DNA of 64,000 nt from a virus (taxonomy: Duplodnaviria; Heunggongvirae; Uroviricota; Caudoviricetes). Every line of letters starts with the position of its first letter. The first letter of the stretch is position 1. Below the pieces are notes generated by a model. It had not been told where the DNA came from. It saw nothing but the letters and a program-made list of their open reading frames with translations, and searched no databases. The translations under genes and the position numbers were made by a program. Shown in pieces: positions 27,540 through 36,972 of the stretch. The stretch covers positions 1 through 64,000 of the IMG/VR virus record IMGVR_UViG_3300031992_000041. One strand, written 5' to 3'.

Positions 27540-28235
27540 TTATATGAGAGACTTGATCCATCCCAGGGCCTGCCATGTGTTCCAAGAAGAGCGCAGGGCA
27601 TCGTAGAGCGCGTCGTGCGCCTCCTTACCGCTGGTGTACTGTTCAGGCAGGGGGTCAAAGAGTCTGTATGCCGAAGAAGGATCTGCAAGGATCTGTAAAG
27701 GCAAGGCTATGCCGTTGGCCTTCGTACTCTTTCCGTTCATGCTGCGCTCCGCCTCAATAAGTGCCGCCTCCAGAATGATCGTCCGGCAGTCGCGGAACTG
27801 GGTGTGCGGCACGATGTCCTCCAGATTGATGTCATACTTACGGCAGAGGTTCCTGAGGATGGCAATATCTACGTCAGGCCCCTGGCACCACAGGCAGATG
27901 CTCTGCAACTCGTAGCGTTTCACAATTCTACGGATATAGTCAAGCGTGTTTATCAGCACGTCCGTGATCGCCTCCGGCAGTTCCGCCGTCACCGCCGCCT
28001 TCGCGGCATCTCCACGCTGTTCCCACCACCTGATCGTAGCCGGGTCGAAGTCAAATCCGTCCACCACGCACGTCCGCAGGTCCACATAGCCAACGAAAGG
28101 CTCCGTGTCCTGACAGTCAAAGAAGGGGTCACTCTCGTCGTCCCGCTTCCAGGGAACGACGGCCACCTGCATCACAGCCGCATTGGCCGATAGGCTGCAG
28201 GTCTCAAAGTCGATTGTAAAGTCAAGATGTGTCAT
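27540..28235 (-). CDS. DnaQ-like (DEDDh) 3'-5' exonuclease
   Basis: Exo I LDFTIDFETCS, Exo III HDALYDAL motifs; 231 aa. Confidence 0.75.
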   Translation of the reverse strand: MTHLDFTIDFETCSLSANAAVMQVAVVPWKRDDESDPFFDCQDTEPFVGYVDLRTCVVDGFDFDPATIRWWEQRGDAAKAAVTAELPEAITDVLINTLDYIRRIVKRYELQSICLWCQGPDVDIAILRNLCRKYDINLEDIVPHTQFRDCRTIILEAALIEAERSMNGKSTKANGIALPLQILADPSSAYRLFDPLPEQYTSGKEAHDALYDALRSSWNTWQALGWIKSLI

Positions 28236-28263
28236 ATTCGTTACTTATTTATCATAATTCTGA

Positions 28264-28662
28264 TTATGTCGATTTTTCACGCTCCCGCATCCTGCGGCGT
28301 ATCTCGCGGTCTGCTGCGCGTCGGCTGCGCTCTTCCATGATATGCTCGTAGAAGTCGCGGTGACAGGCGATGCCCTTCTTCTGGATGGCCTGCAACTGGC
28401 GTACCGCCTCCTTTTGCCATGCTGTGAGTTCCGCATTGACCGGCAGGCCCGCCATGCAGTCGGACAGGATCCTCGCGATATTGCCGAAACGCCGCGCTGC
28501 TACGGCGCTGAAGCGGCGCATCCTCTCCGTCTCCTGCCTGCATGCACGCCAGTATGCGAGTCCGGCAGACCGCTCCGAAGGGCCCCTGTAGATCCAAACG
28601 GCCTTGCCTGTGAGGCAGGACTTCCTGATGACCGTCGTAGAAGCATTGTGATTCTGATTCAT
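28264..28662 (-). CDS. hypothetical protein (132 aa, Arg-rich)
   Basis: ORF track. Confidence 0.45.
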   Translation of the reverse strand: MNQNHNASTTVIRKSCLTGKAVWIYRGPSERSAGLAYWRACRQETERMRRFSAVAARRFGNIARILSDCMAGLPVNAELTAWQKEAVRQLQAIQKKGIACHRDFYEHIMEERSRRAADREIRRRMREREKST

Positions 28663-28677
28663 ACCTTTCCTCCTTTT

Positions 28678-31600
28678 CTATTCTTCTGCCTCCGGATCAG
28701 TCTCGCCGGCTCCCTGTACCCAGTCGGCGTCGCCGGCATGGGCTTCGTCGTAGAAATGGCGCGGCACGCGGCCCTTGCGGTAGAAATAGTACACGCGCGG
28801 GTACGGAGCCCTCCTCACCAACTCACGGGGCAGGCGGTTGCCGGAGTCATCGGTGGCTACGCTGTAGCCGTCGGTGCCACGGGGGTGCTGCCACGCGGCA
28901 CAGCGGCGGAAGCCGTTCTCCCTGTCCGTCGGCGTGCTCAGCACCACGGGCGGGTCAGCCACGTAGACGCTTGTGCGGATGTAGTCGTCGATGTTGTCGC
29001 GGATGCGCTTGTAGGCACTCTTCAGCGTCTTCTCGCCGACGGTGACACCGCAGTAGTCGAGCAGCGAGATGGCCAGTTCGCGCTGGGCGATGGGCTGGCC
29101 GATATGCCTGCTGTCGGAGAGATACCCAGCAATCCATCGGGTGAACTGCTCGTCCTTCGATGCCGCCAGTGCCTGGCGCAGCATGGCGCGGCTGTCACGC
29201 GGCGGCCTCATGGTCTCGTCAGGGAACTGCAGGAACAGCCTCACGCAGCCGAGCAGCACATTCCTCGCCTCGTTCAGGAGTGCCGGCGGCAGGTTCCTTG
29301 CCACCTCCTTGATGCCGTACTGCATCCTGAAGTCGTCGGCAGGCGTATGAGCCGGTCGCGAGCCGTCGATGCTCCGGGGGTGGTACCAGTCTGACACCAG
29401 CACCTGATAGGTACGCCGCGACGTCGAGTCGCTGCTGAGATCCAACTGCTCGTTCGATGCCACCACGAACTTCGGCAGGTCATCGCCCTCCAGCACGACG
29501 CTGGAGCGGTAGAGCCCGCGCGAGGTTAGTGAGAGCGTATAGTTGTAGAGCGTCTTCGGCGAGAAGCCCTGAGGCAGTTCGTCGAGTGCCACGATGGTGT
29601 GCAGACCCGGCACTACCTTGTCGAGTTCCTGCGTCAGCGTGACGTTTCCACCCTCCAGTGCCTTGCCGTCCACCTTCAGCACGCGGCGCACCAGTCCAAG
29701 GAGTTCCAGGATGGCAGTCTTTCCCGTTCCGCCACTGGCCAGGTCCTCGCGGCGTGTCCCGTTGTCGGTGATATGTATGTACTGCTGTCGGTTGGCAGGT
29801 CGGTGGCGCACCAGTGCAGAGCCGATGGCATGGAGCATGGCCACGAAGTACATGTCCTGCACCTGTCTCTCGGTAGCCGTTAGTTCGGCACCGGCAGCCT
29901 CCTTCTCCCAGAAGATGCGTGATGTGTTGTACAGGAAGCGGAAGTGCAGGGGCATCTCGTCGAGGGGCTTGTCCATGACCAGACGGTACTTCCAGAGCGA
30001 AGCCCATGCGTCCCAGCGCATGTTCTCCTGCGCGCACTCGTCGGTGGTGTGTGCCGCCCGGATAATCTCGTCGTGCTTCTCCAGTTCCCCCTGATAGAGC
30101 GGGTTCACGACTACGCGCCATGCCTGTGGCAGCAGCGTGAACGTACCGCCGAGGATGGCCTCCGAGTTGGTCCACCATTTCATGCGGCCGTAGGGCACGG
30201 TCTCGATGCCGTCCTTCGTCACGAGCACGGCGGTGTTGTCAAAGAAGAAGTGGTCGAAGTCCTCGCCGAAACTCTTCTCGTCGAAGTCGAGCGTCTCGAT
30301 CGACTCCATCGTCGACTGCTCCAGTTTCGCGGAGTAGATGGCGCGGCTCAGGGCTCCCTTGCCGTCGTTATACTCCTTGTGAGCCCGCAGCCACTCTGCC
30401 ATCAGGTCGCGCGACTGCGCCACGATCTTGTTGGGGCTTCCCTTCTCACCGGGGAAGCACTCGGTGTATTTCCTGTCGTTGCCCAGCAGGAAGAAACGGC
30501 TGAACGACACCTTGCCCTGCTGCATCACGCGGCGCACCATGCCGCGTGCCCGCAGGAAGACCGGGGTGTTGCGCAGGTCGAACTTATACCTTGCCCTTCC
30601 GGTGCCGTCGGCATCCTTGCGCTCGCTCTCCCACTGCCAGAACTGCGTCGTCGGCGTGTCGAAGAGGGCGTTGTCGAACCAGTCCACGGGGTCGTCGTGC
30701 TGCAGGTCGGCGGGCATCCTGCCCTCCACCTCCTGAAAACGAGTGATGAAGTCGGTCACGTCCTTGCACCGGCGCTCCGCCGTCCTGCCGTTCACAATCT
30801 CTCGTAGTTCCTTCGGCAGGCGGAGCCAGTGGATGTTCGGAGAGTTGAGCGCTATCGCCTGACTGGCGGCCAGCCCCGTCTCGTCCTCGTCGTAGCACAC
30901 GTACAGGCCGCCGTCGGCCGTCACGGCCTGCAACTTCCTCAGCAGCGCGCGCAGCCAGCGGTTGGGCCGAAGGTTATCACCCTTCTTGTTAAAGCCGCTC
31001 TGCTCGCTATGCAGCCATACGACGTGCGCGTCGCTGTGGCTCCACACGGCGATGGCGTCACGCGGCCCTGAACAGAGCACCACACGACCGAAGCGCGGCC
31101 TCGCCGTCTTTTCTTCCTTGTCGCCGTCCTTGTCTCTCCTCTGTTCAACAAGCGGATGCCGGCTGTCCGGCTGCGGCACCACGCCGTCATCAAGATAGTC
31201 GCGCAACGCGGCGTCGGCATACCAACGGTGGTCAAGGTCGGCATCCTCGCTGACGTGCCACCAGGTCCACTTCGTATTGGCGTAAGTAGTCCTCGGCTCG
31301 TATTTCTTGATACCCCACGGATAGCGGAAGATAAACATCGGGTAGTTCTTCGTAGCCCTGACGATCATGACCACCGCACCGCCCTGCTTCGGCGTCTCGC
31401 GCTTGATGAACCGGCTGATCGGCTCAACGCCGAACACGCCGCACACCTCTTCGCCCCAGGCCTGTATGGTCCTGGTCTCCGCCTTCTGCCCGCGATAAAA
31501 ATCCCTGCCAAAGGAGCAGCGGTAAAGCGCCGCTCCAGTGTCAGGGTCAAAATCTGTCATTAAATCGCCAAATCTCACTTCCGATCTTCTGTTTCCCGTA

Positions 31601-32154
31601 TATTCGTCTAATTCGTTCTTTTTCATCCGGTGCGTCGACATCTCCACCTTCAGGCCCAGGGCCTTCAGGCCTTCCTCGGTCCACTGGCCAGGCTCGAAGA
31701 GCGGCTGGTCGCCACTCCAGTCGGCATACTGTTTCTCTTCCTTGCGGAACTCGTCCCATCCCACGATGCTCACACGCAGACTGCCCGAGCCGTGCCTGCC
31801 ATCCTCCTTCGGCTCCGGCTCCAGTTCCACCTCGCAGCGCGTCATAAGTTCCGAAAGCACCATCGCCAGATCCTCGGCGGGCACCTTGCCGGCAGGCAGC
31901 CCCATCAGCCTCGCAGCCAGTTGTATGGCGCCATAGCCCGTCTCGCCGCAGGCAAAGCACTTGAAGCCAAGGTCTGTGGCATCGTCGCGCAACGCCTTGT
32001 CAACCACCAGCGACGGGTGATGGTCGTCATGCCATGGACATTGGTACGTGGCAAACGCGCCGGTCTTCGACTCGTGCTTCGGCACATAGCCCCAGCCTCG
32101 CATCACCTCCACGAGCGGTATGGCATTCAGTATCTTCAGGTTAGTATCCGTCAT
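28678..32154 (-). CDS. DNA primase / helicase (CHC2 zinc finger N-terminus, P-loop NTPase in the C-terminal half)
   Basis: 1158 aa; CPWHDDHHPSL…FKCFACGETG (DnaG-type CHC2 zinc finger); Walker A ASGGTGKTA. Confidence 0.8.
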   Translation of the reverse strand: MTDTNLKILNAIPLVEVMRGWGYVPKHESKTGAFATYQCPWHDDHHPSLVVDKALRDDATDLGFKCFACGETGYGAIQLAARLMGLPAGKVPAEDLAMVLSELMTRCEVELEPEPKEDGRHGSGSLRVSIVGWDEFRKEEKQYADWSGDQPLFEPGQWTEEGLKALGLKVEMSTHRMKKNELDEYTGNRRSEVRFGDLMTDFDPDTGAALYRCSFGRDFYRGQKAETRTIQAWGEEVCGVFGVEPISRFIKRETPKQGGAVVMIVRATKNYPMFIFRYPWGIKKYEPRTTYANTKWTWWHVSEDADLDHRWYADAALRDYLDDGVVPQPDSRHPLVEQRRDKDGDKEEKTARPRFGRVVLCSGPRDAIAVWSHSDAHVVWLHSEQSGFNKKGDNLRPNRWLRALLRKLQAVTADGGLYVCYDEDETGLAASQAIALNSPNIHWLRLPKELREIVNGRTAERRCKDVTDFITRFQEVEGRMPADLQHDDPVDWFDNALFDTPTTQFWQWESERKDADGTGRARYKFDLRNTPVFLRARGMVRRVMQQGKVSFSRFFLLGNDRKYTECFPGEKGSPNKIVAQSRDLMAEWLRAHKEYNDGKGALSRAIYSAKLEQSTMESIETLDFDEKSFGEDFDHFFFDNTAVLVTKDGIETVPYGRMKWWTNSEAILGGTFTLLPQAWRVVVNPLYQGELEKHDEIIRAAHTTDECAQENMRWDAWASLWKYRLVMDKPLDEMPLHFRFLYNTSRIFWEKEAAGAELTATERQVQDMYFVAMLHAIGSALVRHRPANRQQYIHITDNGTRREDLASGGTGKTAILELLGLVRRVLKVDGKALEGGNVTLTQELDKVVPGLHTIVALDELPQGFSPKTLYNYTLSLTSRGLYRSSVVLEGDDLPKFVVASNEQLDLSSDSTSRRTYQVLVSDWYHPRSIDGSRPAHTPADDFRMQYGIKEVARNLPPALLNEARNVLLGCVRLFLQFPDETMRPPRDSRAMLRQALAASKDEQFTRWIAGYLSDSRHIGQPIAQRELAISLLDYCGVTVGEKTLKSAYKRIRDNIDDYIRTSVYVADPPVVLSTPTDRENGFRRCAAWQHPRGTDGYSVATDDSGNRLPRELVRRAPYPRVYYFYRKGRVPRHFYDEAHAGDADWVQGAGETDPEAEE

Positions 32155-32156
32155 CG

Positions 32157-32444
32157 TTATTCCGGTTTCACCAACAGTTCGTTCCTGAGCGGTTCGAGCA
32201 GGGCGCGGTACAGCACGCGCTTCTCCTCTGGAAAGTCACTCTCCTCAATGACCTGCAACTGAAACAAGGCCTGCGAGATGCCGAACACCTCGCAGATCTT
32301 CTCCACGGTGCCCTTCTGCGGATATGTCCTGCCGGTCTCGATGGAGCACACGGCATTGGTGCTCATGCCACAGCACTCCGCCAGTTGCGCCTGCGACATG
32401 TTATGCTTCAGCCGAAGCGTCTTTATTGCCTGTCCTATGTCCAT
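32157..32444 (-). CDS. XRE-family HTH transcriptional regulator (Cro-like position)
   Basis: LRLKHNMSQAQLAECCGMSTNAVCSIETGRTYP helix-turn-helix. Confidence 0.85.
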   Translation of the reverse strand: MDIGQAIKTLRLKHNMSQAQLAECCGMSTNAVCSIETGRTYPQKGTVEKICEVFGISQALFQLQVIEESDFPEEKRVLYRALLEPLRNELLVKPE

Positions 32445-32853
32445 GACTCGTTCTGTTTTTCGTTTTCTTGCCGGCAGCCTGCAACTTCTCCACCTGTCCC
32501 GACTTCTCGGCCAGTTCTTTCTTCATCTCTTCGATCGCGATATTGTACTCTCCGATCTGCTGCTGGTACCCGGACTTCATCTGCTCCATACGCTCGCGGT
32601 AGTCAGTACCCTGACGCTCCAGTTCCGCATCCTTCTCCCTGACACGCTCACGAAGATTCTCGATGAGCGTCTGGCTGCTGGTCAGCATCCTGGAGTCCTC
32701 CTCCATCTTATCGACAACATGACAATACAGGTCCTGCAAACACTTCACATGCTTTGCTGTCTTCTCATACTTCTCGCTCAACTCGTCCAGGTCATCCTGA
32801 TACGGGTTCTTGCCAAGAAAGGCCTTCCACAGGTTCGTTAAATATCGCGCCAT
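32401..32853 (-). CDS. coiled-coil protein (start at MARYLTNLW)
   Basis: ATG (rc) at 32851-32853; first gene of the leftward operon downstream of the divergent promoter region; the upstream part of the track ORF covers the AT-rich promoter region. Confidence 0.45.
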   Translation of the reverse strand: MARYLTNLWKAFLGKNPYQDDLDELSEKYEKTAKHVKCLQDLYCHVVDKMEEDSRMLTSSQTLIENLRERVREKDAELERQGTDYRERMEQMKSGYQQQIGEYNIAIEEMKKELAEKSGQVEKLQAAGKKTKNRTSHGHRTGNKDASAEA

Positions 32854-32892
32854 AGAATATTTTTTTTGAAAATTTAGTCCATAATTCACGAA

Positions 32893-32918
32893 TTTGTTGT
32901 AACTTTGGCGCAAAGATA
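32893..32918. promoter_or_regulatory. interleaved divergent promoters / operator palindrome TTGTAACTTTG-gcg-CAAAGATACAA
   Basis: TAACTTTG (rightward, 32897-32904) and rc TATCTTTG (leftward, 32908-32915) both match the Bacteroidota -7 consensus TAnnTTTG; together they form a near-perfect inverted repeat. Confidence 0.5.
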
Positions 32919-33015
32919 CAACTTTTTCGTGATACGACAATCGTTTTAGTATAGTTTTAACATCATTTTCGTATGTTTAAATTTTGAAAGCAACAACCTA
33001 TAAAGATGATGAAAT

Positions 33016-33720
33016 ATGAAAAAATGGAGTTTTAACAGACTGCTATTTAGCAGATTATCAGACGTTTTAGACATCTCTGGCACAGAGATAGCCAAGCGAT
33101 GCGGAATAACACAGCAAGTCCTGAGTCGTTACACGACAAACGAAATTGTTGTATCTGTGCAGACGCTTATAAAAATCTGCAACGCATTGCGCATGCCTAT
33201 CCACTTCTTCGTGTCAGAGGATGACAACCACATTATCCCGAACCGCGAGAGCGCCACCGTCGCTGCAGACAGATGGTGCCCGGTGACGTGGGACAGCCAG
33301 GCCGTTGAACAGACCTTTGGCGACGGGCGCATCTTTTGGAAAGATGTGGCAAAGGCGATGGGCATCACCTCGCAGAAACCGCACGAGCGCTTCTTGTTGC
33401 GCACCAGATTCCCGGTAACAGACTTCCTTTCCACGTGCAGCCATTTCGGCATCTCGCCATTTACGTTTCTTGTTGACAACAACCGCTACAACAAGCAGAA
33501 GGCAACCACCCCTGCCGTGCCAAAGGACGGCGACGCAACCCTGCGGGCACAGATCAAAGACCTGCAGAAGAAAGTAGAGAGACTTTCCACCACCGTCGAT
33601 GACCTCACAACCAGATACAGGGCTCTTCTGGATAGGCACGACCTTCTGGAGCAGACCGTGCGCCAACACCTCGGCTACAGTCCTATTGACCTGGCCGCCG
33701 ACGACCCTGACCAGAAATGA
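33016..33720 (+). CDS. double-HTH transcriptional regulator with C-terminal coiled-coil (CI-like repressor candidate)
   Basis: only plus-strand gene in the first 58 kb; DISGTEIAKRCGITQQVLSRYT (HTH) and a second HTH-like segment; divergent from the XRE/primase operon. Confidence 0.7.
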   Translation: MKKWSFNRLLFSRLSDVLDISGTEIAKRCGITQQVLSRYTTNEIVVSVQTLIKICNALRMPIHFFVSEDDNHIIPNRESATVAADRWCPVTWDSQAVEQTFGDGRIFWKDVAKAMGITSQKPHERFLLRTRFPVTDFLSTCSHFGISPFTFLVDNNRYNKQKATTPAVPKDGDATLRAQIKDLQKKVERLSTTVDDLTTRYRALLDRHDLLEQTVRQHLGYSPIDLAADDPDQK

Positions 33721-33735
33721 GAAGACCACAACAAA

Positions 33736-33776
33736 AAAAAACGCCCTTCGCTGCAAAGCGAGGGGTGTTTTTAAAA
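33736..33776. terminator. bidirectional rho-independent terminator
   Basis: A-run, GCCCTTCGCT-gcaa-AGCGAGGGG hairpin, T-run; lies between convergent genes. Confidence 0.6.
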
Positions 33777-33844
33777 TCACGGTCAAAAGGAACCGTCTCT
33801 CACGCGCACGTATGCGCATTAATAAAATATGTGCGCTACTCAGG

Positions 33845-34060
33845 TCAAAGTCCTCCGTATTCTTCGCCCACTTCCATATAACTGACAAGTTCGCGGAGTT
33901 CGTTTATCGTCTCGTCGAAGACCTTGGAGTCGCGGTGCTCCCGCAACTCCGAGGCCTGCATGAACTCCATGAGTTCCTGAAAGTCGGCCTTCGTGCCCGT
34001 GATCTTCAGCGTCGCCGTGTACTCCTTTCGCGGCGGGTGCGTCTCAAAGTCCGTCTTCAT
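33845..34060 (-). CDS. hypothetical protein (start at MKTDFETH)
   Basis: ATG (rc) at 34058-34060 preceded by AAAACAAGTAAC. Confidence 0.4.
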   Translation of the reverse strand: MKTDFETHPPRKEYTATLKITGTKADFQELMEFMQASELREHRDSKVFDETINELRELVSYMEVGEEYGGL

Positions 34061-34070
34061 GTTACTTGTT

Positions 34071-34571
34071 TTAATCCTCGTCGTCAAAATATCCGTACTC
34101 TAATTCCTTGATGGCGGCAATCATCTGCTCACGGATGTCCTCTCCGGTCAGTCCATCATTGTCACGCTCGAACCACAGGATGGCATCGTCAAGACTGGTC
34201 TCGTTGCAGTACTCCCAGTCATTCTCGCTGTAGCGTTCGATGAACTCCTCCTTGTCCATGTCCTTGAAGTGGCGGTACATGGTGCAGATGTCACAGCCGC
34301 AGGCTTCTGCGCTTTCGGAGCAGATGTTGTAGATGCTGGCAACCTCCTTCGTCTGGTACTTGATCCAGTGCGTCGTGTTGTTGTCGGCTTCCTCCGTCTC
34401 ATGCACCGTGCCGTCAGGCATCACCTCCATCCACTGATGTGTAGTGCCGCCATGTGAGCGCACCACCATATCATCCAGTTTGTCATCGTCCATGCTTTCA
34501 ACAAACGCTATTGCTTTGTGTCGCAGCGAATCGTTCTTAGTCATGTTTGTTTTCTTCAGTGTCTTGTTCAT
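34071..34571 (-). CDS. hypothetical acidic protein (166 aa)
   Basis: ORF track. Confidence 0.5.
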   Translation of the reverse strand: MNKTLKKTNMTKNDSLRHKAIAFVESMDDDKLDDMVVRSHGGTTHQWMEVMPDGTVHETEEADNNTTHWIKYQTKEVASIYNICSESAEACGCDICTMYRHFKDMDKEEFIERYSENDWEYCNETSLDDAILWFERDNDGLTGEDIREQMIAAIKELEYGYFDDED

Positions 34572-34610
34572 AACGATTTTGTTTTAATTGTTATTGTCTT
34601 GTCTCTACTA

Positions 34611-35342
34611 TTATCTGGTTTGACATTCTTCCCACTTCTCCACGCTGTAGCCCTCGTCGGTCTTCACGCCGAGGAAGGTGAAGGAGTAGCCGTGCGACTC
34701 AGGATCAGCCCACGACTCCAGCATCGCTATGTTTCCGCGATGGGTGAAAGTATCGTTCTTGATGTCCTTTACCGCCTTGTCGTAGGCATCCATGCCGCTG
34801 TCGGCAATCACGTTGCCTGAAAAAGTCATATCTGTGCGGTAGTCGTTGCCGTGGTTATTGAACACCGACAAGCGGAGGTCCAGTTCCACATGATACCAGC
34901 CGCGCTTCTGCTCGTAGAGTTCTGCCAGGCGGCGCTGCTTGGCGGCTTCCGCCTGGCGCATGCGCTCCTGCTTGTTGCGCTCACGTATCTCGTTGTAGAT
35001 ACGCTCGTGCTCTTCAAGAGTGTCTGCCAGTGCAAGGTAGAATGTGATGTCCCAGCAGCCGCAGCCCGTGGTGCGCATCGTCTCGCAGGTACGGACCGCC
35101 CCGCTTGGATAGCTGCCAAGCCCGTCACGGAACAGCGTGCGGATCTTTTGCTCCGTCGTGGCGTTCACTTTGATGTGGAACCATTCAGGATCAGCCGCCA
35201 GAGAGTCCGGCTTTCCATAGGTATTCCAGGAGTTAATCACTGCAATAGCCTCGTCAGCCGTGTGTGCTATTGCCTTGTAGGGTACATACGTGTTCCCGTT
35301 GCTGGCGCGTCCGCCGTAAGTAATACAAAATACGTTTGCCAT
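34611..35342 (-). CDS. hypothetical protein (243 aa)
   Basis: ORF track. Confidence 0.5.
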   Translation of the reverse strand: MANVFCITYGGRASNGNTYVPYKAIAHTADEAIAVINSWNTYGKPDSLAADPEWFHIKVNATTEQKIRTLFRDGLGSYPSGAVRTCETMRTTGCGCWDITFYLALADTLEEHERIYNEIRERNKQERMRQAEAAKQRRLAELYEQKRGWYHVELDLRLSVFNNHGNDYRTDMTFSGNVIADSGMDAYDKAVKDIKNDTFTHRGNIAMLESWADPESHGYSFTFLGVKTDEGYSVEKWEECQTR

Positions 35343-35388
35343 AATGCTTAACTGTTTAACCGATCAGTCCGGGGTCTTAAATAATGTT

Positions 35389-35595
35389 CTAAAGTTTCTT
35401 GTAATCCAGGTTATAATCCCTGCAAAATTTACGCCATGAACTATCGCTCATAGTCAGCCACCCATACACTTCGTCATCGCCTTTATCCGACCACCATGTG
35501 GTACGCGGATGGCAGTCAAGCCAGAAACGAATGTAGTGATTAAACAGACTGCCTTTTGTTTCAAGGCATACCATTTTCTGATTCTTGATTTTCAT
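35389..35595 (-). CDS. hypothetical protein (start at MKIKNQ)
   Basis: own leftward promoter TATCTTTG (rc of 35621-35628) about 25 nt upstream of this ATG. Confidence 0.4.
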   Translation of the reverse strand: MKIKNQKMVCLETKGSLFNHYIRFWLDCHPRTTWWSDKGDDEVYGWLTMSDSSWRKFCRDYNLDYKKL

Positions 35596-35600
35596 ACTCG

Positions 35601-35630
35601 TTGCAACTTTCGCCTGCAAAGATACGAATA
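35601..35630 (-). promoter_or_regulatory. leftward promoter with operator-like inverted repeat TTGCAACTTT…CAAAGATACGAA
   Basis: same motif family as at 32893 and 60528. Confidence 0.45.
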
Positions 35631-35727
35631 AGTGAGCGAAATACCAAATTTATTTGAGTATTTCCGCGCTCGGCTTGCCGCTTGCTACCGAAGGGACGCA
35701 AGAACGTGAGTATCTTTGAAATATTTT

Positions 35728-35765
35728 CCAATTCTTGCAAGAATTGGCAAGAATTAGCAAGAATT
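35728..35765. repeat. 20-bp perfect palindrome CCAATTCTTGCAAGAATTGG overlapping 3 tandem copies of nGCAAGAATT
   Basis: directly read; abuts the stop of the small lipoprotein ORF. Confidence 0.6.
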
Positions 35766-35921
35766 TTACTTCCATCCCTTCAGCCAGGCCAGCAGGCAGA
35801 CGATGGCCAGGAACCAGTTGCCCACGGTGCCGTCGTCCTCGCCGCCCGTGTCGCAGGAGGTGAGCAGGAGAGTTGTTGATACTGCGAAGATGATGTTTGC
35901 GATGATGATGTTCTTTTTCAT
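35766..35921 (-). CDS. small putative lipoprotein/membrane peptide (51 aa)
   Basis: MKKNIIIANIIFAVSTTLLLTSC… signal peptide plus lipobox-like LTSC; high-GC3 codons; the track's alternative-frame ORF 35650..35940 is compositionally implausible. Confidence 0.35.
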   Translation of the reverse strand: MKKNIIIANIIFAVSTTLLLTSCDTGGEDDGTVGNWFLAIVCLLAWLKGWK

Positions 35922-36073
35922 TGTTTGTTTCAATTTTCAATTTTCAATCACGGTTAGTCCGCGCTTGCGGGCCTTTTCGTAGAAGTCCTGCCGCACCTCC
36001 TCGGTCGGGAACCAGGCGAGCATTCGCCGTTCCCGTCCGTCCGGTGCGCGGAGGGTAAGTTCATAGATGCGGT

Positions 36074-36394
36074 TCATAGCTTCTCGCATAGTTTGTTCAT
36101 CTTAGTCCAGAGGTTATGCAGGTCGTTCCAAAACTCGGGCACCTGCGTCTGTTCTCCGTGCCGGTTATACTCTTTGAGCATAGCGTCACGCAATTCATGG
36201 ACAGCGGCGAAGTATTCATGCCGCAATTCCTTCCAAGTCATCTTACTGGGTTCCTCAATAGTGTAATCCGTGGAAACACTGTCTGCTTCAAGAGATTCCG
36301 TAGCGAACGCTACGTTTCCGTGCTCGAGTTCGTGTTCGGCGCCTTGTATAAGCGTTGATTCAGGTACGATAAACGTCAATGTTACTTTCTTCAT
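36074..36394 (-). CDS. hypothetical protein (106 aa)
   Basis: ORF track; AAACAAGTAACGACTATG context. Confidence 0.5.
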   Translation of the reverse strand: MKKVTLTFIVPESTLIQGAEHELEHGNVAFATESLEADSVSTDYTIEEPSKMTWKELRHEYFAAVHELRDAMLKEYNRHGEQTQVPEFWNDLHNLWTKMNKLCEKL

Positions 36395-36399
36395 AGTCG

Positions 36400-36636
36400 T
36401 TACTTGTTTATGTTTCCTTTTTGTTTGAACTTGCCATACTCCCAGAGTTCTATCACCCCGTATGTCAGTTTGGGGAATTCATGGAACATCATGGTGAGAT
36501 AGTTTTTGTATTGCTTTCGTTCGTCCTTACTGAAATTTACTCCAGTAAGATTGTTGAAGATGATAGCGCAGGAAGGATTGTCCTCTCCAGGTGCCGTCAT
36601 TATCACTTGTCCGTTCTGTTTGATTTGCTGTGCCAT
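36400..36636 (-). CDS. hypothetical protein (78 aa)
   Basis: ORF track. Confidence 0.45.
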   Translation of the reverse strand: MAQQIKQNGQVIMTAPGEDNPSCAIIFNNLTGVNFSKDERKQYKNYLTMMFHEFPKLTYGVIELWEYGKFKQKGNINK

Positions 36637-36651
36637 AGTTCGTTTGATGTT

Positions 36652-36957
36652 TCAATGTTTGACAACAGTAAAATACTGCGAGTCGTCAACTACACTACGG
36701 TCTTTCCCTACCCATGTCACGGCTCTGACAGGCTCCAGTGTCCTGACGTGATCCTTCATTTTGAAGTGAAGTTCATAGTCAGCATTTTCTCCTGCGAAGT
36801 AGATGCCCCACGTTTTTCCATCGTTCCATTCCTCGTCAACGATGTCGGTCGCCTGGTTCTTCTTCGACTTACTGAGTGTTGTCAGATCGTCACTGACGAT
36901 GGCCGTCACCTTGACGACCTCGCCGTTTGACTTGAATGTGCATTTGATAGTTCTCAT
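36652..36957 (-). CDS. hypothetical protein (101 aa)
   Basis: ORF track. Confidence 0.5.
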   Translation of the reverse strand: MRTIKCTFKSNGEVVKVTAIVSDDLTTLSKSKKNQATDIVDEEWNDGKTWGIYFAGENADYELHFKMKDHVRTLEPVRAVTWVGKDRSVVDDSQYFTVVKH

Positions 36958-36972
36958 AATTCGCTTGATGTT

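Noticed and set aside
26528-27688. Integrase next to the tRNA-like fragment
   Set aside because: The adjacent 334/386-aa protein has no tyrosine- or serine-recombinase motifs (no R…HxxR…Y or S-R catalytic signature).
35650-35940. 96-aa ORF from the track (MKIETNNEKEHHHRKHHL…)
   Set aside because: His/Arg-rich, low-complexity wrong frame. The overlapping 51-aa lipoprotein-like frame has normal codon usage and a signal peptide.
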